A stretch of DNA of 64,000 bases, taken from the NCBI GenBank assembly GCA_964016885.1, contig CAXHJY010000107.1, forward strand, positions 1 through 64,000, written 5' to 3'. The translations under genes were made by a program, and so were the position numbers. The notes beneath the pieces were generated by a model. It worked only from the letters and a program-made list of their open reading frames with translations. It was not told the origin of the DNA and ran no database searches. Shown here in pieces: positions 43,301 through 52,562 of this stretch. Source of the DNA: Eledone cirrhosa (taxonomy: Eukaryota). The stretch's first letter is position 1; each line of letters starts with the position of its first letter.

Positions 43301-46300
43301 CCATAAAAAAACGGGGCACCCAAATAAAAAACGGGGTACCCAAATAAAAAACGGGGCACCCAAATAAAAAACGGGGTACCCAAATAAAAAACGGCCCCCC
43401 CCCATAAAAAAACTGGGCACCCAAATAAAAAACGGACCCCCCCATAAAAAAACGGGGCACCCAAATAAAAAACGGGGTACCCAAATAAAAAACGGGGCAC
43501 CCAAATAAAAAACGGACTCCCCCATAAAAAAACGGGGCACCCAAATAAAAAACGGGGCACCCAAATAAAAAACGGGGTACCCAAATAAAAAACGGGGCAC
43601 CCAGATAAAAAACGGACCCCCCCCATAAAAAAAACGGGGCACCCAAATAAAAAACTGACCCCCCCCATAAAAAAAACGGGGCACCCAAATAAAAAACGGG
43701 GTACCCAAATAAAAAACGGGGTACCCAGATAAAAAACGGACCCCCCCATAAAAAACGGGGCACCCAAATAAAAAACGGGGCACCCAAATATAAAACGGGG
43801 CACCCAAATAAAAAACGGATCCCCCCCATAAAAAAACGGGGCACCCAAATAAAAAACGGGGCACCCTAATAAAAAACGGACCCCCCCCATAAAAAAACGG
43901 GGCACCCAAATAAAAAACGGGGTACCCAAATAAAAAACGGACCCCCCCATAAAAAACGGGGCACCCAAATAAAAAACGGGACCCCCCCATAAAAAAACGG
44001 GGCACCCAAATAAAAAACGGACCCCCCCCCATAAAAAAACGGGGCACCCAAATAAAAAACGGACCCCCCCCCCTAAAAAAACGGGGCACCCAAATAAAAA
44101 ACGGGGCACCCAAATAAAAAACGGGACACCCAAATAAAAAACGGACCCCCCCATAAAAAAACGGGACACCCAAATAAAAAACGGGGTACCCAAATAAAAA
44201 ACGGACCCCCCCATAAAAAAACGGGGCACCCAAATAAAAAACGGGACCCCCCATAAAAAAACGGGGCACCCAAATAAAAAACGGACCCCCCCATAAAAAA
44301 ACGGGGCACCCAAATAAAAAACGGACCCCCCCCATAAAAAAACGGGGCACCCAAATAAAAAACGGGGTACCCAAATAAAAAACGGACCCCCCCATAAAAA
44401 AACGGGGCACCCAAATAAATAACGGGACCCCCCCATAAAAAAACGGGGCACCCAAATAAAAAACGGACCCCCCCCATAAAAAAACGGGGCACCCAAATAA
44501 AAAACGGACCCCCCCATAAAAAAACGGGGCACCCAAATAAAAAACGGGGCACCCAAATAAAAAACGGACCCCCCATAAAAAAACGGGGCACCCAAATAAA
44601 AAACGGGACCCCCCCCATAAAAAAACGGGACACCCAAATAAAAAACGGGGTACCCAAATAAAAAACGGCCCCCCCCATAAAAAAACGGGGCACCCAAATA
44701 AAAAACGGGGCACCCAAATAAAAAACGGGGCACCCAATTAAAAAACGGACCCCCCCATAAAAAAACGGGGCACCCAAATAAAAAACGGGGTACCCAAATA
44801 AAAAACGAACCCCCCCCATAAAAAAACGGGGCACCCAAATAAAAAACGGGACCCCCCCATAAAAAAACGGGGCACCCAAATAAAAAACGGACCCCCCCCA
44901 TAAAAAAACGGGGCACCCAAATAAAAAACGGGACCCCCCCATAAAAAAACGGGGCACCCAAATAAAAAACGGGACCCCCCATAAAAAAACGGGGCACCCA
45001 AATAAAAAACGACCCCCCCCCATAAAAAAACGGGGCACCCAAATAAAAAACGGGGTACCCCCATAAAAAAACGGGGCACCCAAATAAAAAACGGACCCCC
45101 CCATAAAAAAACGGGGCACCCAAATAAAAAACGGGGTACCCAAATAAAAAACGGACCCCCCCATAAAAAAAACGGGGCACCCAAATAAAAAACGGACCCC
45201 CCCCCCATAAAAAAACGGGGCACCCAAATAAAAAACGGGGTACCCAGATAAAAAACGGTCCCCCCATAAAAAAACGGGGCACCCAAATAAAAAACGGACC
45301 CCCCCATAAAAAAACGGGGCACCCAAATAAAAAACGGACCCCCCCCACAAAAAAACGGGGCACCCAAATAAAAAACGGCCCCCCCCATAAAAAAACGGGG
45401 CACCCAAATAAAAAACGGGGTACCCAAATAAAAAACGGACCCCCCCCCATAAAAAAACGGGGCACCCAAATAAAAAACGGACCCCCCCCATAAAAAAACG
45501 GGGCACCCAAATAAAAAACGGACCCCCCCCATAAAAAAACGGGGCACCCAAATAAAAAACGGACCCCCCCCATAAAAAAACGGGGCACCCAAATAAAAAA
45601 CGGGGTACCCAAATAAAAAACGGACCACCCCCCATAAAAAACGGGGCACCCAAATAAAAAACGGACCCCCCCATAAAAAAACGGGACACCCAAATAAAAA
45701 ACGGCGTACCCAAATAAAAAACGGACCCCCCCCATAAAAAAACGGGGCACCAAAATAAAAAACGGGACCCCCCCAGAAAAAAACGGGGCACCCAAATAAA
45801 AAACGGGACACCCAAATAAAAAACGGATCCCCCCATAAAAAAACGGGGCACCCAAATAAAAAACGGGGTACCCAAATAAAAAACGGACCCCCCCATAAAA
45901 AAACGGGGCACCCAAATAAAAAACGGGACCCCCCATAAAAAAACGGGTCACCCAAATTAAAAACGGACCCCCCCATAAAACAACGGGGCACCCAAATAAA
46001 AAACGGACCCCCCATAAAAAAACGGGGCACCCAAATAAAAAACGGGGTACCCAAATAAAAAACGGACCCCCCCATAAAAAAACGGGGCACCCAAATAAAA
46101 AACGGGACCCCCCCATAAAAAAACGGGGCACCCAAATAAAAAACGGACCCGCCCCATAAAAAAACGGGGCACCCAAATAAAAAACGAACCCCCCCATAAA
46201 AAAACGGGGCACCCAAATAAAAAACGGGGCACCCAAATAAAAAACGGACCCTCCCATAAAAAAACGGGGCACCCAAATAAAAAACGGACCCCCCCATAAA

Positions 46301-49300
46301 AAAACGGGGCACCCAAATAAATACGGGACCCCCCCATAAAAAAACGGGACACCCAAATAAAAAACGGGGCACCCAAATAAAAAACGGACCCCCCCATAAA
46401 AAAACGGGGCACCCAAATAAAAAACGGGGTACCCAAATAAAAAACGGGGTACCCAGATAAAAAACGGACCCCCCCATAAAAAAACGGGGCACCCAAATAA
46501 AAAACGGACCCCCCCATAAAAAAACGGGGCACCCAAATAAAAAACGGGGTACCCAAATAAAAAACGGACCCCCCCCATAAAAAAACGGGGCACCCAAATA
46601 AAAAACGGGACACCCCCATAAAAAAACGGGGCACCCAAATAAAAAACGGAACCCCCCCATAAAAAAACGGGGCACCCAAATAAAAAACGGACCCCCCCAT
46701 AAAAAAACGGGGCACCCAAATAAAAAACGGGGTACCCAAATAAAAAACGGGGTACCCAAATAAAAAACGGACCCCCCCCATAAAAAAACGGGGCACCCAA
46801 ATAAAAAACGGACCCCCCCATAAAAAAACGGGGCACCCAAATAAAAAACGGGACCCCCCATAAAAAAACGGGTCACCCAAATAAAAAACGGACCCCCCCA
46901 TAAAAAAACGGGGCACCCAAATAAAAAACGGACCCCCCATAAAAAAACGGGGCACCCAAATAAAAAACGGGGTACCCAAATAAAAAACGGACCCCCCCAT
47001 AAAAAAACGGGGCACCCAAATAAAAAACGGGACCCCCCCATAAAAAAACGGGGCACCCAAATAAAAAACGGACCCGCCCCATAAAAAAACGGGGCACCCA
47101 AATAAAAAACGAACCCCCCCATAAAAAAACGGGGCACCCAAATAGAAAACGGGGCACCCAAATAAAAAACGGACCCTCCCATAAAAAAACGGGGCACCCA
47201 AATAAAAAACGGACCCCCCCATAAAAAAACGGGGCACCCAAATAAATACGGGACCCCCCCATAAAAAAACGGGACACCCAAATAAAAAACGGGGCACCCA
47301 AATAAAAAACGGACCCCCCCATAAAAAAACGGGGCACCCAAATAAAAAACGGGGTACCCAAATAAAAAACGGGGTACCCAGATAAAAAACGGACCCCCCC
47401 ATAAAAAAACGGGGCACCCAAATAAAAAACGGACCCCCCCATAAAAAAACGGGGCACCCAAATAAAAAACGGGGTACCCAAATAAAAAACGGACCCCCCC
47501 CATAAAAAAACGGGGCACCCAAATAAAAAACGGGACACCCCCATAAAAAAACGGGGCACCCAAATAAAAAACGGAACCCCCCCATAAAAAAACGGGGCAC
47601 CCAAATAAAAAACGGACCCCCCCATAAAAAAACGGGGCACCCAAATAAAAAACGGGGTACCCAAATAAAAAACGGGGCACCCAAATAAAAAACGGGGTAC
47701 CCAAATAATGAAACGGCCCCCCCCATAAAAAAACTGGGCACCCAAATAAAAAACGGACCCCCCCATAAAAAAACGGGGCACCCAAATAAAAAACGGGGTA
47801 CCCAAATAAAAAACGGGGCACCCAAATAAAAAACGGACTCCCCCATAAAAAAACGGGGCACCCAAATAAAAAACGGGGCACCCAAATAAAAAACGGGGTA
47901 CCCAAATAAAAAACGGGGCACCCAGATAAAAAACGGACCCCCCCCATAAAAAAAACGGGGCACCCAAATAAAAAACTGACCCCCCCCATAAAAAAACGGG
48001 GCACCCAAATAAAAAACGGGGTACCCAAATAAAAAACGGGGTACCCAGATAAAAAACGGACCCCCCCATAAAAAACGGGGCACCCAAATAAAAAACGGGG
48101 CACCCAAATATAAAACGGGGCACCCAAATAAAAAACGGGGTACCCAAATAAAAAACGGACCCCCCCATAAAAAAACGGGGCACCCAAATAAAAAACGGGG
48201 TACCCAAATAAAAAACGGACCCCCCCATAAAAAAACGGGGCACCCAAATAAATAACGGGACCCCCCCATAAAAAAACGGGGCACCCAAATAAAAAACGGA
48301 CCCCCCCCATAAAAAAACGGGGCACCCAAATAAAAAACGGACCCCCCCATAAAAAAACGGGGCACCCAAATAAAAAACGGGGCACCCAAATAAAAAACGG
48401 ACCCCCCATAAAAAAACGGGGCACCCAAATAAAAAACGGGACCCCCCCCATAAAAAAACGGGACACCCAAATAAAAAACGGGGTACCCAAATAAAAAACG
48501 GACCCCCCCATAAAAAAAACGGGGTACCCAAATAAAAAACGGGACCCCCCCATAAAAAAACGGGACACCCAAATAAAAAACGGACCCCCCCCATAAAAAA
48601 ACGGGGCACCCAAATAAAAAACGGGGTACCCAAATAAAAAACGGGGTACCCAGATAAAAAACGGACCCCCCCCATAAAAAAACGGGGCACCCAAATAAAA
48701 AACGGACCCCCCATAAAAAAACGGGGCACCCAAATAAAAAACGGGGTGCCCAAATAAAAAACGGACCCCCCCCATAAAAAAACGGGGCACCCAAATAAAA
48801 AACGGGACCCCCCCATAAAAAAACGGGGCACCCAAATAAAAAACGGACCCCCCCCCATAAAAAAACGGGGCACCCAAATAAAAAACGGACCCCCCCCCAT
48901 AAAAAAACGGGGCACCCAAATAAAAAACGGGACCCCCCCATAAAAAAAAGGGGCACCCAAATAAAAAACGGACCCCCCATAAAAAAACGGGGCACCCAAA
49001 TAAAAAACGGGTACCCAAATAAAAAACGGGGCACCCAAATAAAAAACGGACTCCCCCATAAAAAAACGGGGCACCCAAATAAAAAACGGGGCACCCAAAT
49101 AAAAAACGGACCCCCCCCATAAAAAAAACGGGGCACCCAAATAAAAAACGGACCCCCCCCCTAAAAAAACGGGGCACCCAAATATAAAACGGGGTACCCA
49201 AATAAAAAACGAGGTACCCAGATAAAAAACGGACCCCCCCATAAAAAAACGGGGCACCCAAATAAAAAACGGGGCACCCAAATATAAAACGGGGCACCCA

Positions 49301-50210
49301 AATAAAAAACGGATCCCCCCCATAAAAAAACGGGGCACCCAAATAAAAAACGGGGCACCCAAATAAAAAACGGACCCCCCCATAAAAAAACGGGGCACCC
49401 AAATAAAAAACGGGGTACCCAAATAAAAAACGGACCCCCCCCATAAAAAAACGGGGCACCCAAATAAAAAACGGGACACCCCCATAAAAAAACGGGGCAC
49501 CCAAATAAAAAACGGAACCCCCCCATAAAAAAACGGGGCACCCAAATAAAAAACGGACCCCCCCATAAAAAAACGGGGCACCCAAATAAAAAACGGGGTA
49601 CCCAAATAAAAAACGGGGCACCCAAATAAAAAACGGGGTACCCAAATAAAAAACGGCCCCCCCCCATAAAAAAACTGGGCACCCAAATAAAAAACGGACC
49701 CCCCCATAAAAAAACGGGGCACCCAAATAAAAAACGGGGTACCCAAATAAAAAACGGGGCACCCAAATAAAAAACGGACTCCCCCATAAAAAAACGGGGC
49801 ACCCAAATAAAAAACGGGGCACCCAAATAAAAAACGGGGTACCCAAATAAAAAACGGGGCACCCAGATAAAAAACGGACCCCCCCCATAAAAAAAAACGG
49901 GGCACCCAAATAAAAAACTGACCCCCCCCATAAAAAAACGGGGCACCCAAATAAAAAACGGGGTACCCAAATAAAAAACGGGGTACCCAGATAAAAAACG
50001 GACCCCCCCATAAAAAACGGGGCACCCAAATAAAAAACGGGGCACCCAAATATAAAACGGGGCACCCAAATAAAAAACGGATCCCCCCCATAAAAAAACG
50101 GGGCACCCAAATAAAAAACGGGGCACCCTAATAAAAAACGGACCCCCCCCATAAAAAAACGGGGCACCCAAATAAAAAACGGGGTACCCAAATAAAAAAC
50201 GGACCCCCCC
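30970..50210 (+). repeat. About 9.6 kb tandem duplication within satellite B (two near-identical copies, breakpoint near 40620)
   Basis: AAATAGAAAA at 37553/47140 and AAATAATGAAA at 38116/47703, both 9587 apart. CGAGGTACCC at 33361/43009 (9648) and 39622/49210 (9588). The 60 bp offset change equals three monomers missing near 43200. Confidence 0.88.
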
Positions 50211-52555
50211 ATAAAAAACGGGGCACCCAAATAAAAAACGGACCCCCCCATAAAAAAAACGGGGCCACCCAAATAAAAAACGGACCCCCCCCCCATAAAA
50301 AAACGGGGCACCCAAATAAAAAACGGATCCCCCCCCATAAAAAAAACGGGGCACCCCAAATAAAAAACGGGGCCACCCAAATAAAAAACGGGACACCCAA
50401 ATAAAAAACGGACCCCCCATAAAAAAACGGGACACCCAAATAAAAAACGGGGTACCCAAATAAAAAACGGACCCCCCCATAAAAAAAACGGGGCACCCAA
50501 ATAAAAAACGGGACCCCCCATAAAAAAACGGGGCACCCAAATAAAAAACGGACCCCCCCCATAAAAAAACGGGGCACCCAAATAAAAAACGGACCCCCCC
50601 CATAAAAAAACGGGGCACCCAAATAAAAAACGGGGTACCCAAATAAAAAACGGACCCCCCCATAAAAAAACGGGGCACCCAAATAAATAACGGGACCCCC
50701 CCATAAAAAAACGGGGCACCCAAATAAAAAACGGACCCCCCCCATAAAAAAACGGGGCACCCAAATAAAAAACGGACCCCCCCATAAAAAAACGGGGCAC
50801 CCAAATAAAAAACGGGGCACCCAAATAAAAAACGGACCCCCCATAAAAAAACGGGGCACCCAAATAAAAAACGGGACCCCCCCCATAAAAAAACGGGACA
50901 CCCAAATAAAAAACGGGGTACCCAAATAAAAAACGGACCCCCCCATAAAAAAACGGGGTACCCAAATAAAAAACGGGACCCCCCCATAAAAAAACGGGAC
51001 ACCCAAATAAAAAACGGACCCCCCCCCCCATAAAAAAACGGGGCACCCAAATAAAAAACAGGGTACCCAAATAAAAAACGGGGTACCCAGATAAAAAACG
51101 GACCCCCCCATAAAAAAACGGGGCACCCAAATAAAAAACGGACCCCCCCATAAAAAAACGGGGCACCCAAATAAAAAACGGGGTGCCCAAATAAAAAACG
51201 GACCCCCCCCATAAAAAAACGGGGCACCCAAATAAAAAACGGGACCCCCCCATAAAAAAACGGGGCACCCAAATAAAAAACGGACCCCCCCCCATAAAAA
51301 AACGGGGCACCCAAATAAAAAACGGACCCCCCCCCCATAAAAAAACGGGGCACCCAAATAAAAAACGGGACCCCCCCATAAAAAAACGGGGCACCCAAAT
51401 AAAAAACGGACCCCCCATAAAAAAACGGGGCACCCAAATAAAAAACGGGTACCCAAATAAAAAACGGGGCACCCAAATAAAAAACGGACTCCCCCATAAA
51501 AAAACGGGGCACCCAAATAAAAAACGGGGCACCCAAATAAAAAACGGACCCCCCCATAAAAAAAACGGGGCACCCAAATAAAAAACGGACCCCCCCCCTA
51601 AAAAAACGGGGCACCCAAATATAAAACGGGGTACCCAAATAAAAAACGGGGTACCCAGATAAAAAACGGACCCCCCCATAAAAAAACGGGGCACCCAAAT
51701 AAAAAACGGGGCACCCAAATATAAAACGGGGCACCCAAATAAAAAACGGATCCCCCCCATAAAAAAACGGGGCACCCAAATAAAAAACGGGGCACCCAAA
51801 TAAAAAACGGACCCCCCCATAAAAAAACGGGGCACCCAAATAAAAAACGGGGTACCCAAATAAAAAACGGACCCCCCCCATAAAAAAACGGGGCACCCAA
51901 ATAAAAAACGGGACCCCCCCATAAAAAAACGGGGCACCCAAATAAAAAACGGACCCCCCCATAAAAAAACGGGGCACCCAAATAAAAAACGGACCCCCCC
52001 CCCATAAAAAAACGGGGCACCCAAATAAAAAACGGGGTACCCAAATAAAAAACGGACCCCCCCCATAAAAAAACGGGGCACCCAAATAAAAAACGGGACC
52101 CCCCCCCATAAAAAAACGGGGCACCCAAATAAAAAACGGACCCCCCCCATAAAAAAACGGGGCACCCAAATAAAAAACGGACCCCCCCCATAAAAAAACG
52201 GGCCACCCAAATAAAAAACGGGGTACCCAAATAAAAAACGGACCCCCCCCCCATAAAAAACGGGGCACCCAAATAAAAAACGGACCCCCCCATAAAAAAA
52301 CGGGACACCCAAATAAAAAACGGGGCACCCAAATAAAAAACGGATCCCCCCATAAAAAAACGGGGCACCCAAATAAAAAACGGGGTACCCAAATAAAAAA
52401 CGGACCCCCCCATAAAAAAACGGGGCACCCAAATAAAAAACGGACCCCCCCCATAAAAAAACGGGGCACCCAAATAAAAAACGGACCCCCCCATAAAAAA
52501 CCGGGGCACCCAAATAAAAAACGGGGTACCCAAATAAAAAACGGACCCCCCCCAT

Positions 52556-52562
52556 AAAAAAA
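52556..52562 (+). other. Right B/A junction: shared A-tract microhomology
   Basis: ...CGGACCCCCCCCAT-AAAAAAA-TTATCTCCCCTTGGCTGG. The canonical A7 tail of the last B monomer supplies the AAA of the satellite A core, with no filler bases. Confidence 0.9.

Larger units (their letters stand above)
17568..52562 (+). repeat. Satellite B: about 35 kb array of 20 bp monomers (CGGGGCACCCAAATAAAAAA, CGGGGTACCCAAATAAAAAA, CGGA-C6-10-ATAAAAAAA and variants)
   Basis: Uninterrupted about 20 bp periodicity, an A6-7 tract followed by CGG, from 17568 to the A7 tract ending at 52562. Roughly 1700 monomers. I saw no unique sequence inside. Confidence 0.98.

Noticed and set aside
17518-52555. Giant minus-strand ORFs (up to 3506 aa) of FFIWVPR/FYLGAPF/FLFGCPV repeats in all three frames
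   Set aside because: The consensus B monomers contain no minus-strand stop codon. Because 20 is not divisible by 3, all frames cycle through the same peptides. ORFs end only at rare variants (CCAATTAAA, CCCTAAA, GGTCACCC), and frequent 1 bp homopolymer indels show no selection on frame.
17568-52562. AATAAA polyadenylation signals, or hairpin-plus-T-tract terminator-like motifs on the minus strand, in most B monomers
   Set aside because: These follow directly from monomer composition. No transcription unit is visible and the 3-4 bp stems are too weak for intrinsic terminators.
17551-52562. Autonomous transposon, Helitron, LTR element or prophage as the central insert
   Set aside because: No transposase, reverse transcriptase, Rep/helicase or integrase coding sequence and no long terminal repeats. 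The short TSD/TIR-like matches are confounded by the ubiquitous A core.
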